A stretch of 64,000 bases of DNA from Leptogorgia sarmentosa. Lineage: Eukaryota. How positions within the stretch are numbered: the first letter of the stretch is position 1; each line of letters begins with the position of its first letter. Below the pieces are notes generated by a model. It was given only the letters and a program-made list of their open reading frames with translations. It did no database searches and was not told the DNA's origin. Shown piece after piece: positions 14,056-25,687 of the stretch. The stretch is taken from contig OZ210885.1 of NCBI GenBank assembly GCA_964658305.1, positions 13,454,001-13,518,000 on the forward strand. Direction: 5' to 3'. Position numbers and translations under genes: made by a program.

Positions 14056-14128
14056 AGCCTCATCAGAGATTTGAACTCTGGACCCCTGGTTTACTAGACC
14101 AGTGCTCTAACCCCTGAGCTAATGAGGC
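14056..14128 (-). tRNA. tRNA-Thr: tRNA-Thr(AGT)
   Basis: Full cloverleaf. Confidence 0.9.
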
Positions 14129-14372
14129 AACTCCAAAGCTTGCTGTTGAATTATATTACTTTCCCATCCTGCACTGATGTGATGTTTCAAAATGGTAAAA
14201 ATAACAGTGAAGATTATGCACTTGTCTTCATTCTTTGTAAAACGTTACCATTTATAGATTGATTTGTAATATCGAATATATTTCAAGCTAGTAAGAGGTA
14301 CTCTCAGTTCCACTTTCAGATTATTTGGCATTCGAATTCTCAAAACAAACCTATTTGATAACGATACTCTTG

Positions 14373-14734
14373 AGCCTCATCAGAGATTTGAACCCTGGAC
14401 CCCTGGGGCCGGTTGTTCGTTGCCCGTTTAGCCTAAACGGTGGATAAGTCCAAAATATCAAACAATTCTGTGTGTTCATTGAACAATAATAATAAAAATG
14501 TTCAATCTGAGAAGAACACTTATGTAAATAACTACATATTTAGGGTTTAAAATTCATGTTCAGTTATTCACGAGATGAACGGGAGTGTAATTTAAATTTG
14601 ACTTATCCACCGTTTAAGCTAAACGGGCTACGAACAACCGGCCCCTGGTTGTGAGTTGTGAGAGTGTTATTAAATTTTGGCTTATCCACCGTTTAGGCTA
14701 AACGGGCTTCGTACAACCGGCCCCAGTGCTCTAA
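14373..14734 (-). pseudogene. tRNA-Thr disrupted by two Harbinger-like MITEs
   Basis: Thr 3' half 14373-14405; MITE 14406-14644 with CTG TSD; partial MITE 14651-14723; Thr resumes at CAGTGCTCTAA. Confidence 0.8.
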
Positions 14735-14778
14735 TTCATGTTTACATTCGAGGCCAAAATTTGAAAGACTTTGCATAA

Positions 14779-14860
14779 CGTAGTCGGCAGGATTTGAACC
14801 TGCGCGGGAAACTCCCAACAGATTTCTAGTCTGTCGCCTTAACCGCTCGGCCACGACTAC
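14779..14860 (-). tRNA. tRNA-Ser: tRNA-Ser(AGA)
   Basis: 82 nt with long variable arm. Confidence 0.9.
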
Positions 14861-15218
14861 GTTGCTACAACCAACAGGTTTCGCGTTGTTCAACTAAACA
14901 TTGACATTTACAACTGACCTACACTCTGAGGTGACCGCGTGGGACGAAGGCCCAAGGTTGCTTGGGAATAAAATGGATTCTTTTGGGTGTTTCTTTCTTG
15001 ATAATATAAATAAAAGTATTACTCGAGTGTGGTTGGCTCATTTCTGTGCAGTTAATCCCAAATCACAGTACAATTTTATGTTATTACTTTGAACCAATCA
15101 AATTAGAGCTCAAGCTACAGTTTGCATCAAAACAAAACAAACATGGCGGCCGAATGGCAGTTTGAGAATGTGAACACAAGCTGCTTCAAATTGAAATGTT
15201 CAGAAAAAATCGAATCGA

Positions 15219-15278
15219 GAATGGAACCCGGGCCATGGCGGTGAAAACGCCAGATCCTAACTACTAGACCACATGGGA
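15219..15278 (-). pseudogene. tRNA-Glu(TTC) pseudogene, 3' end lost
   Basis: Homology to intact Glu copies. Confidence 0.75.
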
Positions 15279-15363
15279 GTGATAACTTATTGACTATTCC
15301 TGTGTTTACAAAGCCAGTTTGTTTCCCGTGTTGCAGTTGAAATGCAATAAAATGAAAATAATC

Positions 15364-15434
15364 TGCATTAGCGGGGAATTGAACCCCATTCTCCCGCGTG
15401 GCAGGCGAGAATTCTACCACTGAACCACCAACGC
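15364..15434 (-). tRNA. tRNA-Gly: tRNA-Gly(GCC), variant
   Basis: Full length with several substitutions. Confidence 0.7.
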
Positions 15435-15718
15435 AAAGTTGCCCAACTCCTTCGTTATAATAATCATATTCCACAAGATGCCGAACATTTTCACCAAACA
15501 CCTTCAAATAATAAATCAGAGTAAGTTCTAGGAAATTTTGACACTTTAAACATGATCAGCAAAATTAATTTTTTTGTGGAAAAGTAAGATCATGTCAACA
15601 AGGACTTAAATACAGAAAACACCAAAAGAATGTGTAAGCGGGATAGAACTAGTATAATAGCAATGGTTTTGCTAATTTTTCGAATTGCATATTTTTTTTC
15701 CTTCTCTCGCAAGTATTA

Positions 15719-15793
15719 TTCCCACGCCGGGAATCGAACCAGGGCCATGGCGGTAAAAACGCTGGATTCAAACCAGAGAACCACACCATGGGA
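15719..15793 (-). pseudogene. Degenerate tRNA-Glu
   Basis: Homology; damaged D and anticodon arms. Confidence 0.7.
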
Positions 15794-16324
15794 GTGACAA
15801 TTTGTGGATTATTTGTGACATGTGAACAGAAACATGCAAGTTTCGCCAGAGCCTATTTTTGAATATTTTGTAATGCAGCGAATTTTATCGGTTAATCGAA
15901 TCAAATTGATCCAAGAGAGAGATTAATGACAAGTTGAGCTTGTTATTTTAATTACTGAGGGGACAATAAGCGATAGAAACCAATGCAAAAACGAGGGTAA
16001 AATTAGAATAATGTTAATTTTACTTTCTTCGGTTGTGGGTTAAATTATGAATTTTAACAAATAATAGAGAGGAAGCATCATGTTTTAAAACTAACGTCAG
16101 CTCAATACAGCCATGAACAACCAAAATTTGGCAGTGGTGGAACCCACGCCATCGAAATGACTCGTGCTGACAATATAATTTCTTTTTAGTAAACATCCAC
16201 ATCGTTTGAAGAGATTCCTTTCGCTATCAACGAAACGTAGAAACGAGAAACAATGGGGAAATATTGTCGTGCTAAGGTTCTGTGGTGTAATGGCTGCAGG
16301 TTCTCCTAGCTGGTAAATAATTAA

Positions 16325-16770
16325 CACTTATTGACTGGGCCCAAGGGAAACAGTGTGTTTTGTGGACCCAAGACCGTCGATGTTTCCCGAGGCGAAGCCG
16401 AGGGAAACATCGATGGTCGAGGGTCCACAAAACACACTGGTTTCCCGAGGGCCCAGTCAATAAGTGCTTTATTATTATACCAATCGTCAAAGAAACGACA
16501 AAATAAAGTGGAACAAGTGAACAAGAATGCACGAAATATTTTATTCTTAAAATATTAAATTAAATTAAAGCATTAGCAGGTCGTCCAAAGGTCGCGTCTT
16601 CACGTGATGGCGCACGTGATTTTTTGTTGTTGTTCACCGGTGAATAACGTATTATCTCCCTCTCTTGCTGATGCGAGGGAGACAGTCTAATTTCGTCACT
16701 CTCACGTGATACGCTCTCGACCAATGAAACACAAGAAAAGGGAAACTTTGACGATTGGTATATAATAATT
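16325..16770. mobile_element. Hairpin plus inverted-repeat interspersed element
   Basis: ~140-bp palindrome centred on GAGGCGAAGCCGAG (16325-16466), then IR ATTATACCAATCGTCAAAG ... CTTTGACGATTGGTATA. Confidence 0.7.
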
Positions 16771-16772
16771 AT

Positions 16773-16894
16773 CACTTATTTACTGAGACCGAGGGAAACA
16801 TTGTGTTTTGTGGCCCCGAGACCACCGTTGAGGGCAACAATGGCGGTCGAGGGGCCACAAACACAATGTTTCTCGAGGTTTCAGTAAATAAGTG
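16773..16894. repeat. Related ~120-bp palindrome
   Basis: CACTTATTTACTGA...TCAGTAAATAAGTG fold-back. Confidence 0.75.
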
Positions 16895-17392
16895 TTTTGT
16901 TATATAGTTTTATAGTTTAGTGTCAAAATATGAATGAATTCACCGGTTTAATACTGGAGTGAAGTTTGAAACCAAAAAAGAGACAAAAATTTCAAAACAT
17001 CGTACGATTGAATGAACTTTGGACTTCACGGTTGACGTGCATTCGCATTGTGCCCATTTAATTGTTGCCCGGTCAATAATTTTTTGAACGGTTGACGAAC
17101 ATGGCATTTTGTGGACCGGGACGTGTATGGTTTTGTCTTTGACACTAACTATATAACAACATAAAAAATATATAACATATTTATATCCCTACTTTGAAAT
17201 TACAAATGTTTCATGATATTTTAGCCTCGTGTATTTACCTTAATTTAGTAGTGATTTTAGTCATTCACTACAGGTGAACCAAACACTAATTCGTTGTCAT
17301 TAATTTTGTCCCTGAAATCGCCGTAAATGCCATCCCAGGGCTTTGCAACTTCAAAAATTTTCTGAGAAAGAATACCCCCATGCAGACCACCT

Positions 17393-17620
17393 TATAGCGT
17401 GTCACCTGCACAAGCACAAACAGCTTAAAACACTACATAGGCATGTCAGCAAGCAAATTTAAAGAGCGATATGGAAACCACATTAAGTCTTTTAACTACA
17501 AAAGATACTCAAATTAAACAAAACTTTCGATTTTTGAAATATATTTGGGGACTAAAATTAAGATAATAAGATAGATTTCGACATTAATACGTGGTCAATA
17601 ATTGAACAGTGTATTTCGTA
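17393..17620 (+). pseudogene. Penelope-like GIY-YIG endonuclease remnant
   Basis: HYIGMSASKFKERYGNHIKSFNYKRYSN*TKLS..YIWGLK..WSII, with a stop and frameshifts. Confidence 0.65.
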
Positions 17621-18654
17621 TACGGGATATATATTTCACCACTTCCAAAAACCTGGGAAGATTTTTTCATGATACGAAGATAGACTAATTCAGTAATGTA
17701 ATATTCAGGCCAGTTTTTGAAAAGCTTCGGAAATATATCTTTCACGTGATATGATGATACGAAGTCGGACTATAATTACGTATCGTAATGTACATTGTAG
17801 GTAAAACAGTATTATGTCAATGGACATAAAAACAAAACGCAAATGTGTCGATAGATAATCAGCAAGTAGCAAGGGCCGAAGTTCCTGCATATGTGAGCTG
17901 TCAAACTTGGCACTATATTTATCTAACTAAGCCAAAGATAATGCAAAGCGACAGGGATTATAAATAAGAGAAGTAAAATGAAACAAAGTTGGATCTAATT
18001 AACATTTTTCGGGACACTGTATGGACTGACAACTGCATACATACATACAAACTGCTAGTAAATACACATTGTCTGAATGAACATGCCAAATGTTTCTGAA
18101 ACGAACATGCCACCTTTGCGTCTCCCTTTTGACACAACCAACCGAAGCGCAGTCCGAGTCTCCTCCTGATCTCTATGTGTGTCTGCTGTCTACCATTTCC
18201 GCACTCACGCACCGTTCGTGAAAGAGTGCTACCCGGCAACTAGGTGAGCGAGCGCATGATAAAAGCGGGGAAGAGAAAGTTCGCCGGCAACGTCGTCTCC
18301 CTGGAGATAAAACAACCACGTTGGTTTCAACCAGTGATGTTTGTTCAAATCCCGAGCGCTAAATTCTTCGGATTAAGATTCACTAAAAAACGTTTTAAAA
18401 AATAATGACAATAAGATTGTTATAAAACTACTCTTTTGTTGTATCATCTGTGAAGTGATGTATAGTTTTAGTTGATTGAGCCATTCCTTCAAAGAACAAA
18501 GCTAGTGATAAAAACTTTGACGACGTGAAATCACGCATGCGCTATAAACTGAACATTGATTATTACCTTCTAGGCGGCCACGTCCCGTAATCTTAAGGTC
18601 GCTTTTCTCTGTTAAAATATGGCTCGGAATAGTAAGTAAATTGCCTCCGGGCGA

Positions 18655-18775
18655 AGACTTGAAGAATCGAAGACAATAAGACTTGAAGAATCGAAGACAA
18701 TAAGACTTGAAGAATCGAAGACAATAAGACTTGAAGAATCGAAGACAATAAGACTTGAAGAATCGAAGAATCGAA
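18655..18775. repeat. 24-bp tandem repeat, ~5 copies
   Basis: Unit AGACTTGAAGAATCGAAGACAATA. Confidence 0.9.
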
Positions 18776-19242
18776 GAGTTGAAGAAGTGCTGTGAATTCC
18801 CTACGTGTCGTCATTCGTTCGTGCATCGTTTGGCCTTGATTTTGGCAGCAGTACTCTTCGTGTTCGTGCCTGTTTGCGGTAGTGGTGGGCGAAGTTAATA
18901 AAAGTTTTAGCCCCTCAGTACGTCATGTTACACGCCATTTAATGAACATATATAATACCCCAAGGAGTGAGACACGACTTGAAGCAAAAACCATGCTCAA
19001 TGGTCTGAAAATAAGTGTTATAATCTAATAAGTGTTAATCCTATACATAGAATTATGCGCGGTTGTACTTGAACACTAAGTCAATATATCATGGTTCATA
19101 TAAATATTTTGTTTCTGTCAAACCTGTTCCACAGCACCTTCACTGCACCCGTTGTGCACCCGTAGTGCACCCGTAATGTTGTAAAAACAAAAGGCAACGG
19201 GTGCAACTGCACCCACTGCACCCGTGGTTCCGGCATCCCTGC

Positions 19243-20363
19243 TTCGAGCTGAACACCTTTTAAACTATTGAATATTTTTTCAGGAAGTATATTTGCTTGC
19301 GAACCAGTGTCAATCTTGAACTTTATTTCTTTCTGTTGTATCAACAGTGTTTTAAAATATTCATCGCCAGTGCTGTTATTATTGCTCGAGTGATTTACCG
19401 CTCCTATGAACAAAGGCTCTAAGTGTTCTCTTGTTTTGTCCTGTTCAACACCAAATACTTTCTTCTTTCGACAGACTTTAGAGAAATGATTGTTCTTTCC
19501 ACAGTTATAACATTTCTTTCCGAATGCTGGGCACTGCTTCGCTGCATGTGATTTTCCACAATACTTACAATTGAATGTATTGTCATGTTGTTTATCGTCA
19601 CGCTTCGCAAGATTCTTGCACTTCGCGTTTCTCTTGAAATGATGTTTCTCGCCTTTCGGTTCTTTAGATTTATGTATCGCATGTACATCTCTTTCTGTAT
19701 TCATCGCTTTTAGTTGCTTATTAGACTGTTCGTCCGCACGACAAATCCTTAACGCCTTGACTGAAGTCAGTTCTTCTTCTCGAAGCAACCGCTCTTTGAC
19801 TCGCTCTGAGTTTGTCCCATATACAAGGCGATCTCGCACGAATTCGTCTTCCAAGCTGCCGAAGTTACAATTCTTCGCAATGAGCTTCAATTCTGTGACA
19901 TACTGATCAGCTGTCTCGTCTTTCCGTTGGACTCGGGTGTTAAATTTATATCTTTCCATAATAACATTTTTTCTTGGTTTGCAGTAATCTTCAAATTTAG
20001 CGAACAAGAAATCGATTTTGTTCTCTTCGCTTGACGTGAATGTCATCGTGTTGTAGATATCGCGGCCGTACGTCTTGTCCAATTATATATCGAAAAGCAT
20101 CAGACTGTTCTTTCTCACTGTTATCTGCCATATTTAGTCTCAAGTAAAGCTCCATGGTTTCTCGCCATCTTCTCCATCTTTCGGCCAGATCAATTTGGTC
20201 GACATCATTAAAGTTCATCTCAGGCGGAGGCCTTAAAAATGGCTCCATCCCACTCCTGACACCATGTAATATTATCACATACAAGACTCTTTAACCTATA
20301 ATGCCCCTAGCTTATATACACATATGCAAATTTAATGACTATATAATAACTGAATATATTACA
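19243..20363 (-). mobile_element. Ty3/Gypsy LTR retrotransposon 5' fragment (LTR, PBS, gag, start of protease)
   Basis: 99-bp LTR 20265-20363 (TGTAATAT...ATATTACA); PBS 20247-20264; gag from ATG 20248 with frameshift near 20080; CCHC knuckle CYNCGKNNHFSKVC; protease FKIDTGSQAN; cut by another element near 19242. Confidence 0.85.
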
Positions 20364-20586
20364 GTCACGTGGTTTCTTCACGTTTGCGGTTTGCAGAAAA
20401 ATTTTTTGGGATCACTTCGCGGCTTGGTTACTAAGCATTCATTTCATTTACATTACGTATTGCAAAATTCTATTCATACAAAAGGGTTCCATTCTAATTT
20501 CCCAATAGTGTTAAAATCGTTTGACTTTAACTGGGATTATAGAAAAAATAGTAATTAAATAATGATACCTCTTTCACGTGTTTGGG

Positions 20587-20659
20587 TCTTTCCGCCCAGT
20601 TTCGAACTGAGGACCTTGCGCGTGTAAGGCGCACGTGATAACCACTACACTACGGAAAC
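20587..20659 (-). tRNA. tRNA-Val: tRNA-Val(TAC)
   Basis: Full length, 1:72 mismatch. Confidence 0.8.
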
Positions 20660-20773
20660 TGGCATATGCGCAAACATATATAGAAATAGATGTATTCACT
20701 TAAACTACTTTTTCAGGGTTTTTTATTGAAATTTTCCAAAAAGAATATCTCCAGTTAAAAAAGCCCATATGTA

Positions 20774-20846
20774 TGTTTCCACCCAGGTTCGAATTGAGGA
20801 TCTTGCGCGTGTAAGGCGCATGTGATAACCACTACACTACAGAAAC
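20774..20846 (-). tRNA. tRNA-Val: tRNA-Val(TAC), variant
   Basis: Full length. Confidence 0.8.
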
Positions 20847-21283
20847 GAATTGGAAGATCATTACAAAACAGAGACAAAGTTTCAGAGATGTGAATCGATG
20901 CAACAAAAAATATGAAGCAAGTTAAAGGCCATGCAGGTCCAAGCCAGAGTTAAACTGGGGTCCTTCCTGTGTGATACGCATGCAGTAACCAGTGCACTAC
21001 ACGAAATGTATAGCAAACCCTCAATTTCACCACCAAAAACGCTAACAAGATAATACAAAAATGACCTGAACACAGTATTTGCGGTGACCATTCAAATTTC
21101 CCAATGCCATTAAAATCGTTTGATTTTAACTGGGATTATAGAAAAAATTGTAATAAAATAATGTGTATAACCCTTTACGTATTTGGGTCAGGTAAATTGT
21201 CAAGGCAAAGAATTAGAACGGGGTGTGGCATGTTGAAGGTTTCAAAGAATAAATGTGGTAGGAAATTCCATGTTTTAATGAGT

Positions 21284-21301
21284 GTCAGGTTGGCTGATTG
21301 C

Positions 21302-21332
<31 letters not shown>

Positions 21333-21367
21333 TCGAAAGGTTGTTGGTTCGAGTCCAACCAGGGACG
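21284..21367 (+). pseudogene. Chimeric tRNA: Leu 5' end fused to Asn(GTT) body
   Basis: GTCAGGTTGGCTGA with Leu upstream flank joined to TGCGGCGCAATCGG...AGGGACG. Confidence 0.7.
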
Positions 21368-21489
21368 TGTTTAGTGTGATGTTATTCAGACGTCGTCACG
21401 GCAAATGTAACGGAATTTTCTGCGCGAGGTTTTCTAAGGACTTACGGAAGCTTTCAAAAAACAGAACGTCTTACATGGTTAATTAACTA

Positions 21490-21561
21490 GGGCTTGCACG
21501 GGAATCGAACCCGTGACCTCTCGCACCCAAAGCGAGAATTATTTCACTAGACCAGCAAGCC
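21490..21561 (-). tRNA. tRNA-Pro: tRNA-Pro(TGG), D-arm variant
   Basis: Full length, D loop altered. Confidence 0.7.
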
Positions 21562-21676
21562 ATTGATGGTATCAAAAAGTTTTCTAATGTAATTTGTACT
21601 GACGAATAAAAATATGGGATTAACTAATGTAATATCTCAGCCCTTCCAAAACATTTTCCAATTTTGCAGCGAAGTC

Positions 21677-21748
21677 GCCATGATCGTATAGAGGTTAGTA
21701 CATTGCGTTGTGGCCGCAATAACCCAGGTTCGAATCCTGGTCACGGCA
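21677..21748 (+). tRNA. tRNA-His: tRNA-His(GTG)
   Basis: Full length, one acceptor-stem mismatch. Confidence 0.85.
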
Positions 21749-22216
21749 TCTGTTTCATACAGCCAAAAGTATTGAAATACCATTGCGGGCATCGTCACCG
21801 TTGAAGTTCTGTTTATTATTGCCGTTGGATGTGAAGAGAAGATAAAAACTATATTTTCGATCCGAAGACAATTTTTGCTTTGTTTGGCGCGTCCGCTATG
21901 TTTGTTTTGTTTTGAAGCAATCTGTAGCTTGAGCTCTAATTTATTTTTTTCCAAGTGATAACAGAAAATGGCACTGTGATTACACGAAATTATACTATGA
22001 TTTGGGATTAACTGCACTGAAATAAACCAATCACAGTCGAGCTATACATTTACGTATATTATAAGGGAAGAAACACCATTGGGCTCAGGCCCCACGCAAC
22101 GATATAACCTCTTCTCACTATTCTATATATTATTCACAGTATGGCGCTGAGAGTGTAGGTCAGTTGGAGATGTCAATGTTTAGTTGAACAACGCGAAACC
22201 TGTTGGTTGCAGCAAC

Positions 22217-22298
22217 GTAGTCGTTGCCGAGCGGTTAAGGCGACAGACTAGAAATCTGTTGGGAGTTTCCCGCGCAGGTTCAAATCCTGCCGACTACG
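22217..22298 (+). tRNA. tRNA-Ser: tRNA-Ser(AGA)
   Basis: Full length. Confidence 0.85.
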
Positions 22299-22701
22299 TT
22301 ATGCAAAGTCTTTAAAATTTTGGCCTCGGATATAAACATGAATTTTTTTTGGAAAACTCGATGAGAGGAAGTTCTGTTTTCGGTGGTAGTGGCTGAGTGT
22401 TTAAAGTGACAGATTCAATGTACAGGTTTTCCATCTACAAAATCAACGGAAAGAAATCCCGTTTTTATTGTATTAAGGTTATGAAACTGAAATGCAACGA
22501 AATTGAAATTGAAATGCAACGAAATGAAAATATTCTGGGTTAGAATTCCAGGAAACTGTTTTGGAAAAGCAAAATCATGACAACAAAGGCTTAAATACAG
22601 AAAACACGAAAAGAATGGGTAAGAGGGATAGAGCTATTATAATAGCAATGGTTTTGCTAATTTCTAGAATTGCATAGTTTTTCCTTCTCTCGCAAGTATT
22701 A

Positions 22702-22773
22702 TTCCCATGCCGGGAATCGATCTCGGGCCTTGGCGGTGAGAGCGCCAGATCCTGACCACTGGACTACATGGGA
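22702..22773 (-). tRNA. tRNA-Glu: tRNA-Glu(CTC), T-arm variant
   Basis: Full length, B box altered. Confidence 0.7.
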
Positions 22774-22907
22774 GAAACATTTTCTTTTCTCGGAATGTGA
22801 AAATAACGATAATATTTTTAATTTGAATTTGAAAGAAAATTTCGAGAGATTACTACCAGTGACAGTACTACGTTGGAAAAAACATACTAGGAAGATATTA
22901 ACATGTC

Positions 22908-23018
22908 GCCTCTTTACCTCAGGGGTTAGAGCAATACCATTACTTAGCAATACCATAAATTAGAGCTTACTCTATTTTCGTAAACCAGGGGTCCAGAGTT
23001 TAATTCTCTGATGAGGCT
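22908..23018 (+). pseudogene. tRNA-Thr(CGT) with ~40-nt filler insertion
   Basis: Insertion replaces the 5' anticodon stem. Confidence 0.75.
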
Positions 23019-23251
23019 GTATCAATAAGTATTCATTGTGAATAAGCGAGAATGAGAATAATAATATCCATTTCCTTTTTGTAATTGGTTACAAGGTATG
23101 CAGTTAACTCTCCAGATTGTATGAGAAGTGTGACCTGACACAAAATTTTTGAAGTGAGTTTATTTCATGAAAAACACGTGATAATACGAGAAATTAGGTT
23201 GAAATTAACTTCGTAATTGGATTTATATTAAGTTTCAATAGGGCAGAAGTT

Positions 23252-23336
23252 GCCTCTTTAGCTCAGGGGTTAGAGCACTGGTCTAGTAAAACAGCTAGGA
23301 AACCAGGGGTCCAGAGTTCAAATCTCTGATGAGGCT
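23252..23336 (+). tRNA. tRNA-Thr: tRNA-Thr(AGT) with 12-nt insertion at position 37/38
   Basis: 85 nt = 73 + 12. Confidence 0.65.
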
Positions 23337-23480
23337 TTGTGAATAAGTGTTCATCCATTCCCTTTTTTGTAACTGGTTACAATGTATGCAGTTAACTCTC
23401 GAGATTATGGGAATAGGGGAAGTGTGACCCGAAAGAAAATTTCTGTAGTGAATATAATTCCTTACAAAGCCAGTTTAATC

Positions 23481-23551
23481 TGCGTTGGCGGGGAATCGAA
23501 CCCCGGTCTCCCGCGTGGCAGGCGAGAATTCTACCACTAAACCACCAACGC
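23481..23551 (-). tRNA. tRNA-Gly: tRNA-Gly(GCC)
   Basis: Full length. Confidence 0.9.
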
Positions 23552-23763
23552 ATAGTTGCCCAATTCTTTCGTTTTAATGTTCATATTCCACAAGATGCCG
23601 AACATTTTCACCAAACACCTTCAAATAATAAATCAGAGTTACTTCTAGGAAATTGTTACACTTTAAACATGATCAGCAAAATCAATTTTTTTGTTCATAA
23701 GCAAGATCCTGTCAACAAAGACTTAAATAATTTTATCGTCACGACGTTTGAACACACCAAACA

Positions 23764-23787
23764 CGTCCCTGGTTGGACTCGAACCAA

Positions 23788-23831
<44 letters not shown>

Positions 23832-23837
23832 AGAGAC
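23764..23837 (-). tRNA. tRNA-Asn: tRNA-Asn(GTT)
   Basis: Full cloverleaf. Confidence 0.92.
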
Positions 23838-24498
23838 TGACTCCATTGAAAACCTTTCGAAAATAAAAATGAAAATAATGGATATTATTTTTGGTCAAAA
23901 TCTCAATTTTTGTGAAGGCACATCCAACGGGAATAATAAACAGAACTTCACCGGTGACGATGCTCGTAATGGTGAATACAATACTTTTTGCTGTTTGACA
24001 CAGATGCCGAGACCAGGATTCGAATTTTTTCAAGTATTGGTGGACATATTTAACACGAATCGTAGTATATACATCGTAACCCTTTCGGTGACATATTTCC
24101 CATCAGCCCGCTTTGAGGAATTTGAAAGGTTTCCAGTTTATATGTATGATAAGAAGGAACGGGCGGGTTTGAACCAGGTCTGAGCTTCACTCCCTATTGT
24201 AGTCGACTAGGTTAATTACGTACCTATACTTTCAAACGCAGCTATAATCAATCCACGGACTTCTGTTCTTTCAATTTTACATTCAAATACAAAATCTCTC
24301 TTGCATGTTTCATAACCTTAATGCAATAAAAGGCGCGACTTCTTTCCGTTGATTTTGTACATGGAAAACTTGGGCATTGAATCTGTCACTTTAAACACTC
24401 AGCCACCACCACCGAGAACACAACTTCCTGTCATCGAGTTTTTCACCAAAACAATTCATGTTTATCTTCGAGGCCAAAATTTTAAAGACTTTGCATAA

Positions 24499-24580
24499 CG
24501 TAGTCGGCAGGATTTGAACCTGCGCGGGAAACTCCCAACAGATTTCTAGTCTGTCGCCTTAATTGCTCGGCCACGACTAC
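24499..24580 (-). tRNA. tRNA-Ser: tRNA-Ser(AGA), D-loop variant
   Basis: Full length, D-loop GG changed to AA. Confidence 0.7.
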
Positions 24581-24894
24581 GATGCTGCAACCAACCGGCT
24601 TCACGTTGTTCACTAATGAACATTCACATCCATCTACAACTGACCTACACACTCTCAGCGCTACACTCTGAACAATAGAAACTTTATATTTCTTTGCAAA
24701 ACTCACTCGTGCAAGTTAATTCCAAATTCCACTCGAAACCATTCTATTAGCAATACTTTTTTTTTCTAACGTAGTGAAATGGTGGAAAGATATGAAACTT
24801 GAACTAAAATATATAGAATGCTACCTACCTGTGCAGGAACATGCCTGAATTTGCCTGAAGCCACATTTTACCTGCAGACAAGGGCGTCAACTTT

Positions 24895-24965
24895 GCGTTG
24901 TTGGTTCAGTAGTAGAATTCTCGCCTGCCACCCTAGAGACCGGGGCTTGATTCACAGGAAACGCA
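24895..24965 (+). pseudogene. Degenerate tRNA-Gly(GCC)
   Basis: Many stem mismatches. Confidence 0.75.
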
Positions 24966-25049
24966 GAATGTTTTCATTTTGTTGCATTTCAATTGCAACT
25001 CGAGAAAAAATGTGGGTTTGTAACACAGACATGATCTCGAAATTGTAAC

Positions 25050-25121
25050 TCCCATGTGGTCTAGTGGTTAGGATCTGGCGTTTTCACCGCCATGGCCCGG
25101 GTTCGATTCCCGGCGTGGGAA
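25050..25121 (+). tRNA. tRNA-Glu: tRNA-Glu(TTC)
   Basis: Full cloverleaf followed by T-tract. Confidence 0.92.
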
Positions 25122-25605
25122 TTTTTTCTGACAATTTCTATTTGGAACAGTTTGTCTTCACATATTCAATCTCGCCCGAGACTGGGATTAGATTCCCGGC
25201 TAACGCAGAATATTATCATACTGACGAGTTTAAATTTCAAATCCAACACGAGAAAAACGTAGATTTGTAACACAGACATAATCTTATAATTTTATCCGAA
25301 AAAGTAAAATTAATATTTTCTGATATCACCGTCTCTTATGAAAACTTTTTGATAGACGCAAACTATTTGATTGTGGACAGAGTTTTTGCATTGGTTAAGT
25401 TAACTTTATAAATTCTTGATTTTTATTCTTTATAATTTTATTGGGAATATGTGCTTTTAACAGAATATCCCTTTAGGAATTAATTTTACAAGCTCCCTTT
25501 CGCATTAATTTCGTTTTGGATCAATTTGTTTCAATTAACTCGGGATAAAAAAAAGGAAGGCGGAAGAGAAAGGTAATAAAATTTAAAATATTCAAATGTC
25601 AAAAT

Positions 25606-25677
25606 AGGTTCTGCCGAGACTTGAACTCGGATCGCTGGATTCAATGTCCAAAGTGCTAACCATTACACCACAGAACC
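25606..25677 (-). tRNA. tRNA-Gln: tRNA-Gln(TTG), U33 variant
   Basis: Full length; loop CATTGAA. Confidence 0.75.
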
Positions 25678-25687
25678 TTAACACGAT

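Noticed and set aside
17958..18239. 93-aa minus-strand ORF
   Set aside because: No recognisable motif or supportable gene model
18593..18826. ORF with repeated SSILQVLL
   Set aside because: Product of the 24-bp tandem repeat; no recognisable domain
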